IMG/VR virus record: IMGVR_UViG_3300043652_000023
Coordinates: 1-41,731 of that record
From: a virus
Lineage: Duplodnaviria; Caudoviricetes
Length of the DNA: 41,731 bases
Strand: one strand, 5' to 3'
Shown here: piece by piece, positions 31,939 through 40,922 of the stretch
Layout: each line of letters begins with the position of its first letter
How positions within the stretch are numbered: the stretch's first letter is position 1
Notes under the pieces: model-generated
Told to the model about the DNA's origin: nothing
The model's input: the letters and a program-made list of their open reading frames with translations, nothing else
Databases searched by the model: none
Position numbers and translations under genes: made by a program

Positions 31939-34900
31939 ATGGCACGGAAGTTCACCACCGGGTTCGAGGCTGGAACCGAGTGGACTGCTACTGTTGGCTC
32001 GCCCACCGTCGTTACGACGCAGGCCAACAGTGGTACGCACTCCATGCGATTCCACCCGACCAGCAGCGCGCAAACAGCAATAGCGCAAGAGGTCGACCCT
32101 GATCAGAACCAAGACCATGTATTCCTGAGAGCGTACGTCTACGTGGCAACCGCGCCAGCAGCTACCACGGGAATCATGGCGTGGTCAGACAACGACGGAA
32201 CCGAGAAGCCCGGAACGATCTCCGGCTTCTACGGCGTCAAGATGAAAAACAACCGCACGCTGATTATTACCAACAGCACGGGGACAACCGGTAGCACTGC
32301 CAGCGCAGCTATTCCGCTCAACACGTGGACTCGAATCGAGTTCGACTATGACGACCTGGCAGGCACCGGCAAGGTCTACATCAACGGTGTGCTGGCTACC
32401 TCAGATACCGACATCAGCCTCGACGGCGGCGGCATCGCCCGGTTCGGTGTAATCAACCCGACCACGGCGGACATCTACTTCGATGACATTGCGGTCAACG
32501 ACAGCACCGGGTCGACGGACAACGGGCTGCCGGGGCCGGTAGAGCCGCCCGAAGAGCCCGGGATTCCGACGGCGGACCTGGTGGATGGCTTCACCGGCGG
32601 CACGATCGATGCGGACAATTGGCCGAACGCCAGCGGGGTCAGCCAGGTCGGCGGGCGCGGCAGGGTGCCGTGTGACGCCACCTTCCCCGAGTTCTCGACC
32701 GACGCGGCGTACACGCTGAAGAACAGCCACGTCGGCTGCCAGGTGTTCCCCGCTGCCAAAGGCGGCGCGGCGACCGAGGCATTCACGCAGCTGATGGTCA
32801 CCACCACGACGTCAGGCACCGACGCGGTCATGTTCTGCGACGCGATCACCGGAACGCTGTTCACGGCTGTGCGCAGCGCGTTCACCGACCCCGACCAGGC
32901 TGGCGTCGTGTACGACCCGGTTCTCCACGCCTGGTGGCGAATCGCCGAGTCGTCCGGCAGCATCACGTTCCAGACCTCGGTAGACGGCGTCACCTGGACT
33001 ACCCGCCGCACCGCGACCTCCCCGTCATGGGTCGGCGACAACGACCTATCGATCCACCTGCTGGCGCACCGAACCGGCGGCACAGACGACTTCGCCGAGT
33101 TCGACAACGTCAACCAGCTCGCACCGGCGGTAACCGTTGTCGACCTGGGCGTGGCCCGGGAAGAGTCGGCCGTTCACACGGTCGGGCACTCCCGACACGC
33201 GTCGATAGGGCGCGCGGCCACGGAGGACGTATCCCGGGCGCTCTCGCACGGCCGCCGGTCCTCAGTGGCCCCGGCAGGGGAGAAGACAGCCGGACACCCC
33301 GTCCTGCACCGCCGCGACGGCCACCTGGCGCCTGCGGCCACCCGGGAGAGCGCGCACGCGCTGGCCAGCCGCAAGACCTACACGCTCGGTCACGCTGCAA
33401 CCACGACCAGTGCGCACGGACTCGACGTCAGTCGCGTTGTCACAGTTGGTCGAGCAGAGACGGCAGATCACGCGGGGGAAGTGGCGCCATCCCGCCTTAT
33501 CGACCTGGGTCTAGCAGAGTCGATCAGCCAGGCCAACGCGGTCACCTTCCGACAGTTCTATCCGCTGCTGATCTCCGGAACCGAGGAGTCGGCAACCGAG
33601 ATTGTCGCCAGCAGCACCGCACACCTGGTCGGCTCGGCCGCCAGCGAGACCGCACACGCGGTCACAACGTCGAAGTCCGCCACTCTGCCCGCTGCTCAGG
33701 CTGGCGACGCGGCCTTGGCCGTGTCGCACAACCACGCCGCGCACCTGGTCGCGGCAGCGACAGCCACAACGGCACACGACATCGCGTTCCGGCAGTTCTA
33801 CCCGTTGGGGGCCGCGCATGAAGCCGCTGTAACCGAGGCGGTCACGTTCGAGCAGGCCGCCCATCCGGGCGCGGCACGGACGGTCGACCAAGCGCATGCG
33901 GTCACGTTCCTCCAGTTCTACCCGCTGGGGGTGGCAGCCGAGAAGTCGTCGGCGACCAAGGTCGAGCACGACCACGCGGAGCAGATCGACCCGGCCAGGT
34001 CGGTCGACACGGCGCACGCGGTCGGGCACAGCAGGCTGGCGCACATTGGATCGGCCAGCGCGGCCGACCGGGCGCACCTGACGTTCACGGGTCACATAAT
34101 CCCGATCGGCGCGGCGGCCACGGAGACCACTGCGCAGGGCCTGGGGCACAGCCGCCGGTACCACGCGGCTCCGGCCCGGGAGCAGGCCGCCGGAGGTACC
34201 ACGGAGGCCCGGAAGACGGGCAGCCTGGGCGCGGCTGGCGTGCGGGAAATCGCGCATGCGGGTACGGTCAAGATTCAGGGTCAGCTCGGACTGGCAGTCG
34301 AAACGGCCGGTAGCCACCGGGTCACGCCCAGCAAGACCAACGGGCTATCGGCAGCCAACACACAAGACCAGTCAAATTCGGCAACCGCAAGCAAGCTATT
34401 CCGGCTTGGTGCGGCGACCACGCAGGAGGCGGGTCAGCCAACCGCCGCCCTCAAAACTTCCCCGGTCGGTCCTGCCCGGACCATCGACCAGGTGGAGGCG
34501 GTGGTCTCGTCAGCGACTCTCCGGCTCGGCGAGGCCACCGAACAGATCGCGGTCAGCGCGCTGCACATCGCTAAGGTGCGCAGATTGGGCGCGGCGTCCG
34601 ACCAGGCGACCGCCCGGCCAGTTACCCACCGCCGGACGGCGCATCTCGGCCTGTCGCGCACCGTTGACGCTGGCCGCGATCTGAAAGACCAGCACCAAGG
34701 CAAACTGGGCAGGGCAGCCGAACGCAACGTCGCCCACCCACAGCGCGCCAGCAGGCGGTTGACACTGGGGGGCAGCGGCGCAGTAGAACTGGGTCGGCCC
34801 ACGGTCCAGCGCAAACGCCTGTCGATCGGTGTGGCGCACGAGGTAGTCGAGGCCCATGAGGCCCGGCTGCCCCACCTGAACCGCCTGCTGCTGGCAGCCG

Positions 34901-35070
34901 CAACGGTGACAGTGGCCAGGCCGGTCATATTGACCCACCAACGCCCAGCCGACCAGTTGGTCCCGAGCACAACGGGGCCTGCGTTGGTACCAGGGGTCAC
35001 CGGGCCCACACTACGAGCTAGCACAACAACCCCCGCGTTGGTCGCGACGCACACAACAGGAGGCAGCTAA
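31939..35070 (+). CDS. Large fibre-like virion protein: LamG/ConA-like domains plus about 30 tandem 20-aa repeats
   Basis: IPLNTWTRIE...VYINGV...IYFDDIAV lectin-fold motifs; repeats LGxAxxxxxAHxVxxxR/K. Confidence 0.75.
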   Translation: MARKFTTGFEAGTEWTATVGSPTVVTTQANSGTHSMRFHPTSSAQTAIAQEVDPDQNQDHVFLRAYVYVATAPAATTGIMAWSDNDGTEKPGTISGFYGVKMKNNRTLIITNSTGTTGSTASAAIPLNTWTRIEFDYDDLAGTGKVYINGVLATSDTDISLDGGGIARFGVINPTTADIYFDDIAVNDSTGSTDNGLPGPVEPPEEPGIPTADLVDGFTGGTIDADNWPNASGVSQVGGRGRVPCDATFPEFSTDAAYTLKNSHVGCQVFPAAKGGAATEAFTQLMVTTTTSGTDAVMFCDAITGTLFTAVRSAFTDPDQAGVVYDPVLHAWWRIAESSGSITFQTSVDGVTWTTRRTATSPSWVGDNDLSIHLLAHRTGGTDDFAEFDNVNQLAPAVTVVDLGVAREESAVHTVGHSRHASIGRAATEDVSRALSHGRRSSVAPAGEKTAGHPVLHRRDGHLAPAATRESAHALASRKTYTLGHAATTTSAHGLDVSRVVTVGRAETADHAGEVAPSRLIDLGLAESISQANAVTFRQFYPLLISGTEESATEIVASSTAHLVGSAASETAHAVTTSKSATLPAAQAGDAALAVSHNHAAHLVAAATATTAHDIAFRQFYPLGAAHEAAVTEAVTFEQAAHPGAARTVDQAHAVTFLQFYPLGVAAEKSSATKVEHDHAEQIDPARSVDTAHAVGHSRLAHIGSASAADRAHLTFTGHIIPIGAAATETTAQGLGHSRRYHAAPAREQAAGGTTEARKTGSLGAAGVREIAHAGTVKIQGQLGLAVETAGSHRVTPSKTNGLSAANTQDQSNSATASKLFRLGAATTQEAGQPTAALKTSPVGPARTIDQVEAVVSSATLRLGEATEQIAVSALHIAKVRRLGAASDQATARPVTHRRTAHLGLSRTVDAGRDLKDQHQGKLGRAAERNVAHPQRASRRLTLGGSGAVELGRPTVQRKRLSIGVAHEVVEAHEARLPHLNRLLLAAATVTVARPVILTHQRPADQLVPSTTGPALVPGVTGPTLRASTTTPALVATHTTGGS

Positions 35071-35071
35071 G

Positions 35072-35749
35072 ATGACCGATGTTGGCGACCTGGTCACCGC
35101 GAACCTGCTGGTGCAGCCATTCGACGACTCAACAATAGCTACACTCGAAGTGGTCTCGCCGGACGGCGTGTCCGAAACGCCGGTCGCCTTCAGCGAGGAC
35201 GGCGGCAACACCTGGAACGCCCCGGTCGAGTACACCCTGCCAGGCATCTGGGTGTTCAAGTGGACCGTGATGGGTACGGGCGCGTCGGTCGAGTTCGAGA
35301 AGATCTCGGTTGCTCCCAGCCCGGATTACGTCGACCCCACGCCACGCCGCGTGTACGCCAACACCGTTGAACTGGCCAACTATCTGCAGGCTGCGCCCCC
35401 GCTGGACTCCGAACATCTGCTGCGCGAGGCCAGCCGCGTGCTGGACGACGCACTGATGACGGCGGTCTACTACACCGACGACGACGGCTACCCGGCCGCC
35501 CCGAAGCAGCGCGAGGCGTTGCGGCAGGCCTGCTGCATGGTAGTCGAATGGTGGGGCGAGACCGGCGACCCGATCGGCGCAGACGGCGACTGGCTGACGG
35601 CCAGCGCTGGCGATGTCCTGGTGACCCGAGGCGTTGGCCCCGGCGGCGTCGTGCAATCCACCCAGGTGCGCGCCAACCAGTTGCCACCCAGAGCCTGGGG
35701 CGAACTGACCCGGGCGCGGCTCCTTCCGGGAGTGATCTACCAGCGATGA
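35072..35749 (+). CDS. Head-tail adaptor with N-terminal Ig-like extension
   Basis: YANTVEL..YL...LLREASRVLD..L...AL..ACC..VEWW adaptor pattern; position. Confidence 0.7.
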   Translation: MTDVGDLVTANLLVQPFDDSTIATLEVVSPDGVSETPVAFSEDGGNTWNAPVEYTLPGIWVFKWTVMGTGASVEFEKISVAPSPDYVDPTPRRVYANTVELANYLQAAPPLDSEHLLREASRVLDDALMTAVYYTDDDGYPAAPKQREALRQACCMVVEWWGETGDPIGADGDWLTASAGDVLVTRGVGPGGVVQSTQVRANQLPPRAWGELTRARLLPGVIYQR

Positions 35750-36063
35750 GGCAAATACCTGGTTTCATGATGCGCCACAACGTCCAGGTCGAGAATTACC
35801 TGGGCACCAACGCGGTCGGCGAAGTCTACGGCCGCCCGTACGAGGTACCCTGCATGCTGGTCGAGCAGAGCAAGATGGTTCGCAACGCGCAAGGCGAGGA
35901 CGTCAGCAGCTCGTCCCGGTACATCGCGGCACCCGGCCACAACCCGCCGGAGAACAGCCGAGTAACCTTGGATGACGGCGTTGCCCGTAAGGTGATTTCG
36001 GTAACTCGCGCCACCTGGCCGAAGATGAGCGTGCCAGCCAACACCGAGGTATCGCTCGATTGA
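35746..36063 (+). CDS. Head-tail stopper/closure protein
   Basis: ATGA overlap; VE.YLG....G.VYG, VRNA.GE.V.SS. Confidence 0.7.
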   Translation: MRQIPGFMMRHNVQVENYLGTNAVGEVYGRPYEVPCMLVEQSKMVRNAQGEDVSSSSRYIAAPGHNPPENSRVTLDDGVARKVISVTRATWPKMSVPANTEVSLD

Positions 36064-36076
36064 GGGGGGTGGCGCG

Positions 36077-36430
36077 GTGGCCCAGAGCTACAAGTTGACC
36101 TACAACGGTCGGACGTTGTGGACCAACGGCGGCAAGCAGCGGGCGGCGCGCGGTCTGCAGCTCGCGTTGGAGTTGATCCTACAGGAATCCGACAAGCTGA
36201 CCCCCCTGGACGAGGGCACGCTGGTTCGCTCCGGCACGACCTCGATCGACCCCGCCACCCTCTCCGGTGCGGTCAGCTACAACACGCCATACGCGGTCCG
36301 CCAACACGAGGAGCTGACCTGGCGACACGCGTCCGGCAGGCAGGCCAAGTTCCTGGAGACGGCAGTCAATGCCAATCGGGACACCGCCGCCCAGGTGATT
36401 TCGGCCGAGATCAGAAAGTGGTTCGCATGA
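36077..36430 (+). CDS. Neck / tail completion protein (HK97 gp10-like)
   Basis: PLDEGTL.RSG, YNTPYAVRQHE, QAKFLE. Confidence 0.8.
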   Translation: MAQSYKLTYNGRTLWTNGGKQRAARGLQLALELILQESDKLTPLDEGTLVRSGTTSIDPATLSGAVSYNTPYAVRQHEELTWRHASGRQAKFLETAVNANRDTAAQVISAEIRKWFA

Positions 36431-36864
36431 CCGACGGCTACAATGCTAGGCTCATGACCGGGTTCGCCCAGCTGTTTGCCAGCAACGGCATCGGTTCGTT
36501 CGATACCTCGGGCGTCTACCCGGCCGGAGCTACCGCGATTTTCCTGGGGTTGACCCCCGACCAACCCGACCGCGCCATCACCCTGATGAGCTACCCGGTC
36601 GAAGACACGGACTTGACCAACGTGATAACCGGGTTCCAGATCCGGTTTCGCGGAGGTCGCGACCCCCGAGAGGTCGAAAACATCTCGGACTCGATTTACG
36701 ACCTGCTGCACAACAGGTCGCAGTATGACGTCAACGGGATCCACATCGAGCTGTCCTGGCGGCAGTCCGGGTCGTGGATGGGGCAGGACCAGAACCAACG
36801 CGTAGAGCGCGTGGAGAATTTCTACCTGCACGCCGAACGAGCAGCACCCCATCAACTCGCCTGA
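36427..36864 (+). CDS. Tail terminator-like protein
   Basis: ATGA overlap; P..PDRAITL..Y, FQIRFRG, G.D.N.R.ER..NF. Confidence 0.75.
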   Translation: MTDGYNARLMTGFAQLFASNGIGSFDTSGVYPAGATAIFLGLTPDQPDRAITLMSYPVEDTDLTNVITGFQIRFRGGRDPREVENISDSIYDLLHNRSQYDVNGIHIELSWRQSGSWMGQDQNQRVERVENFYLHAERAAPHQLA

Positions 36865-36882
36865 TGTGACCGGAGGTCACCA

Positions 36883-37359
36883 GTGTCTACGCCCACCCCC
36901 ATCACCGCTCTCGCCCGCCGCTGGAAGCTCGAAGTCGACCTGGGCACCGGCGACGTACCGGACTGGCAGCCGATGATCGGCATCACCGAGTTCCAGCCCA
37001 CCTTCCCGCCCAACATCGAGGACAGCTCGTCCTACGACTCGGACGGCTGGATGGAGAACACCAAGACGGGCCAGTCCTGGGAGCTGGACGTCACGTTCAA
37101 CCGCAAGATCAACGATCAAACCCTCGTCTTCAACGACGTGCACGAGGCGATCCGGCTGGCCGCGTTCGGCTCCGGTTCGGCCTCCGAGGTCCACGTGCGG
37201 TTCTACGACCGTACCGGCCTGCCCGAGGCGTACGAAGGTCAGTGCCTCATCGAGTGGGAAGACCAGGGCGGCGAGTACACCGCGCTCGGCCAGGTCTCCG
37301 CGACGATGACCGGCAACGGCCCCCTCGCCATCATCGACAACCCGATCACAGGAAGCTAA
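36883..37359 (+). CDS. Major tail protein
   Basis: GGAGG RBS; D.S.YD.DGW, VRFYDR.G..EAYEG; position before the chaperone and tape measure genes. Confidence 0.85.
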   Translation: MSTPTPITALARRWKLEVDLGTGDVPDWQPMIGITEFQPTFPPNIEDSSSYDSDGWMENTKTGQSWELDVTFNRKINDQTLVFNDVHEAIRLAAFGSGSASEVHVRFYDRTGLPEAYEGQCLIEWEDQGGEYTALGQVSATMTGNGPLAIIDNPITGS

Positions 37360-37878
37360 ATGCCAGGAAGGTTCGAGGCACTCGATGAGCTTCTTGACGA
37401 GGCCATCGAGTTGCCTGTCCCGATTCCGGGACAGACGGAGCGCAAGATGTACCGGGTCGAGTCGCCCAGCGCCAAAGACGGTCTGCAGATCGAGCGCATG
37501 ACCAACGTCGCGGTGCAGCTGGCGAACGGCGGCGAGAACATCAACACCGAGTTGCTGGACGACGAGGAGGAGATCGACCTCTACCGGTCGCTGCTCGGCC
37601 CGGTATACGACGTGATGGTGGCTGATGGCGTCAAGTGGGTCTGGATGCGTCACGTCTCGATCACCGTGCTGATGTGGGTAAGTTCCGGCCTGCAGGCAGC
37701 CGAACGATTCTGGGCGGCGGCTGGTAACCCGGAATTGATGGCCCCGAATCGGGAGACGCGGCGAGCGCAGCAGGCTGGATCGGCTGCGGAGACCTCGACC
37801 CGAGGACGGGCCTCCACGAGTGGTACGAACCGAAACCGGGGTACCAAAGGCCGCCGCCGCCCGGCGCCCCAGAAATAA
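37360..37878 (+). CDS. Tail assembly chaperone (G)
   Basis: Between the major tail and tape measure genes. Confidence 0.8.
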   Translation: MPGRFEALDELLDEAIELPVPIPGQTERKMYRVESPSAKDGLQIERMTNVAVQLANGGENINTELLDDEEEIDLYRSLLGPVYDVMVADGVKWVWMRHVSITVLMWVSSGLQAAERFWAAAGNPELMAPNRETRRAQQAGSAAETSTRGRASTSGTNRNRGTKGRRRPAPQK

Positions 37879-38084
37879 CCTGGGGCAAGCTGCTTGAGGT
37901 GTGGGACCTGATCGAACAGGACCTGCACCAATATTTCGGTATCGACGTCGGCGATCCGGACCTGTTGGCCAACCGCTCCTGGCGGTGGCTGCGCACCCGG
38001 ATCGTCGGCTGTCTCGGAGTGTACCGAGGCCGAACGGCTCAGCACTTCGCCCCACCCGAGAGACAACCACGAACGAAGAAATGA
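37728..38084 (+). CDS. Tail assembly chaperone -1 frameshift extension (GT)
   Basis: The -1 frame opens right after TAA 37725-37727 at C CCG GAA and runs to TGA 38084. Confidence 0.65.
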   Translation, partial: PGIDGPESGDAASAAGWIGCGDLDPRTGLHEWYEPKPGYQRPPPPGAPEITWGKLLEVWDLIEQDLHQYFGIDVGDPDLLANRSWRWLRTRIVGCLGVYRGRTAQHFAPPERQPRTKK

Positions 38085-38097
38085 GGGGGGTGGCGGA

Positions 38098-40917
38098 GTG
38101 GCTCTGACCATCGGCGAACTCGTCGGCATGGTCACGCTGGACACGACCGGAATGGACGACGGTCTAAACCGGGCCGAGACCCAGATGCGGCAACTCGGCA
38201 CTAACATCAGCGGGACCGCGACAACCGCCGGAGAGACGGCCGGGTCAGCTCTGGGCGACGGTATCGCCCAGGGCGCTGAAACTCAACTCCGCAACGCCCA
38301 AGGCGAGCTGGTTACGGCTGGCACCGAGGCCGGAGAGAGCTTCAGCGGGGGCCTGGAGTCGAGCGCCAGCGAGGGCGGCGAGAAGGCGTCCGAGGACGTC
38401 AAGAGCAAATTCGACAAGCTCAAGACCGGGATAGCCGGAGCGGGCTTGGCGGCAGGTGGCGCCCTGATGGCGGCGTTCGGCGAGGCCATGGACCAGCAGA
38501 ACATCGTGGCCAAAATGGGCGTGCAGATGGGCGCCACCCCCGCCGTTGCTCAGCGGTACGGCAAGATCGCGGGCTCGCTCTACTCGACCGGACTCACCGA
38601 GGACTTCCAGAGCGCGGCCGACGCGATCTCGGCGACGATGGGGGCTGGCCTTCTCCCGCCCACCGCTACCAACGCCCAGATCCAGTCGATCTCGGGCAAC
38701 GTGTCCAACCTGGCCAGCACGTTCGGACAGGACCTGGGCGGCGTTACCAACGCAGTCAGCCAGATGCTGCGCACCGGCCTGGCACCCAACGCCAAGGCCG
38801 CGTTGGACATCCTGACCGTGGGTTTCCAATCGTCCGCCAACAAGGCTGACGACCTGCTCGACACGTTCAACGAGTACGGCACCCAATTCCGCAAGGCTGG
38901 GCTCGATGGCGCCACCGCTGTCGGTTTGATGAACCAGGCCATCCAGGGCGGTGCCCGGGACTCCGACCTCGCGGCTGACGCGATCAAGGAATTCTCGATC
39001 CGAGCGGTCGACGGGTCGAAGACCACCAAGGATGGCTTCGCGGCCCTGGGCCTCAACGCTACCGACATGGCCACGAAGTTCTCTAAGGGCGGCAAGTCGG
39101 CGTCCGCAGCCCTGGACACGACGCTCGACCGACTGCGCAACATGAAGGATCCGGTAAAGCAGTCGGCCACCGCGACCAAGCTGTTCGGCACCCAGGCCGA
39201 GGACCTCGGCGCGGCGCTGTACAAGATGGACCCGAGCACCGCAGCCAAGGGCATCGGCAAAGTCGGTGGAGCTGCCGACAAGATGGGCAAGCAGCTGTCG
39301 GCGTCGGCCAGCGTGAAGGTCGAGGCATTCAAGCGTTCGCTCACCCAGGGCCTGGTGAACGTGATGGGCAACCAGGTCATCCCGATCCTGATGAAGGTGC
39401 CTGGCTTCGTACAGAAGGTGGCCACCGCGTTCCAGACGGCGGCCGGGTTCATCGACCGCAACAAGACCGCGTTCATCACCATCGGCTCGATCATCACAAC
39501 GATCATGCTGCCAACCCTGATTCAGCTGGGTGTTCAGGCCACCATCGCTGCCGCCAAGTCCGTGGCAGCGTTCGCCGCGCAGGCGGCCGGGGCAGTGAGC
39601 GCAGCGGCCAAGTTCGTGGTTTCGAATATCACGATCATCGCGGGGTGGGTGGCCCAGGGGGCGGCAGCCGCCGCAGCGGCCATCCGCACGGTAGCGGCTT
39701 GGGTGCTCATGGGCGCACAGGCGATGCTGCAAGCGGCGAGAATGGCGGCGGCGTGGCTGCTGGCCATGGGGCCGATCCCGATCATCATCGCGCTGGTGAT
39801 CGGCCTGGTTGCGCTGATCATCGCCAACTGGGACACCATCAAGTCCTGGACGCTGGCCGCGTGGGACTGGGTCTGGAACAAGATCAAGGAAGTCGCCCAG
39901 TTCCTGCTCGACCTGTTCATGAACTGGACCCTGGTCGGCCTGATCATCTCGCACTGGGACGCGATCAAATCCGCCACCTCCGCCGCTTGGGAAGTGGTAA
40001 AGAACGCCGTAATGGTCGTGGTAAACGCGATCCTGGCGACCGTGACTGCCGTCTGGGGAGCCCTGAAGACGGCCACCCTGGCAGTGTGGAACGCCATCAA
40101 AACGGCGGCCTCCGCGACCTGGAACTTCATCAAATCGGTGATCACAACGCAGGTGAACGGCGCGAAGGCCGTTGTGTCCGCAGTGTTCAACGCAATGAAG
40201 TCCCTGATCACAACGACCTGGAACGGGATCAAAAGCGTCACCTCCTCAGTGTGGGGAGCCATCAAATCGACCATCACCACCTTGGTCAACGGAGCCAAGT
40301 CGGCGGTCAGCTCGGCCATCAACACGATCAAGAGCGCGTTCAGCTCCGGGTTCAACGCAGTGAAGAGCACGGTGTCGAACGCCATCTCCAGCGTGGTCAA
40401 CGTGATCAAGGGCTTGGGCGGGAAGGTGAAGTCCGCGATCACCGGCGCTGGCACCTGGCTGGTCAACGCCGGAAAATCGATCATCCAGGGCCTGATCAAC
40501 GGCATCAAGGGCATGGCAGGCAACGTGACCTCGGCCGTGAAGGGCGTGCTCAGCTCGGCCCGTAAGCTCCTGCCGTTCTCGCCCGCCAAGACGGGCCCGT
40601 TCTCCGGCAAGGGCTGGACACTGTACTCCGGCCGCTCGATCATGGAGGCCATGGCCACCGGCATCAACCAGCGGTCCGGCCAGGTGTCCGACGCGGTCAA
40701 GGGCGCGATGGCCACGGCCTCTCGACACCAGCTCGCCTTGGGCGACGCCAACACCCCGATCGGCACGATCCAATCGACCGCACCTTCAGCAGTAGCTGCA
40801 GCTGGCAGCGGGGGGAGTGGCGCAGGGCTGGCCATCGAGAACTACTACGAATCCAACAACGGATCGGCGTCCGACACAGCCACCGAGCTGGAGTGGCTCG
40901 CCAGGACGAGGAGGTAA
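38098..40917 (+). CDS. Tape measure protein
   Basis: 939 aa, Ala/Gly-rich, DLLDTFNEYG, DAIKEFSIR, 11-residue W..IK repeats, PFSPAK.GP.SG. Confidence 0.95.
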   Translation: MALTIGELVGMVTLDTTGMDDGLNRAETQMRQLGTNISGTATTAGETAGSALGDGIAQGAETQLRNAQGELVTAGTEAGESFSGGLESSASEGGEKASEDVKSKFDKLKTGIAGAGLAAGGALMAAFGEAMDQQNIVAKMGVQMGATPAVAQRYGKIAGSLYSTGLTEDFQSAADAISATMGAGLLPPTATNAQIQSISGNVSNLASTFGQDLGGVTNAVSQMLRTGLAPNAKAALDILTVGFQSSANKADDLLDTFNEYGTQFRKAGLDGATAVGLMNQAIQGGARDSDLAADAIKEFSIRAVDGSKTTKDGFAALGLNATDMATKFSKGGKSASAALDTTLDRLRNMKDPVKQSATATKLFGTQAEDLGAALYKMDPSTAAKGIGKVGGAADKMGKQLSASASVKVEAFKRSLTQGLVNVMGNQVIPILMKVPGFVQKVATAFQTAAGFIDRNKTAFITIGSIITTIMLPTLIQLGVQATIAAAKSVAAFAAQAAGAVSAAAKFVVSNITIIAGWVAQGAAAAAAAIRTVAAWVLMGAQAMLQAARMAAAWLLAMGPIPIIIALVIGLVALIIANWDTIKSWTLAAWDWVWNKIKEVAQFLLDLFMNWTLVGLIISHWDAIKSATSAAWEVVKNAVMVVVNAILATVTAVWGALKTATLAVWNAIKTAASATWNFIKSVITTQVNGAKAVVSAVFNAMKSLITTTWNGIKSVTSSVWGAIKSTITTLVNGAKSAVSSAINTIKSAFSSGFNAVKSTVSNAISSVVNVIKGLGGKVKSAITGAGTWLVNAGKSIIQGLINGIKGMAGNVTSAVKGVLSSARKLLPFSPAKTGPFSGKGWTLYSGRSIMEAMATGINQRSGQVSDAVKGAMATASRHQLALGDANTPIGTIQSTAPSAVAAAGSGGSGAGLAIENYYESNNGSASDTATELEWLARTRR

Positions 40918-40922
40918 CCGCA

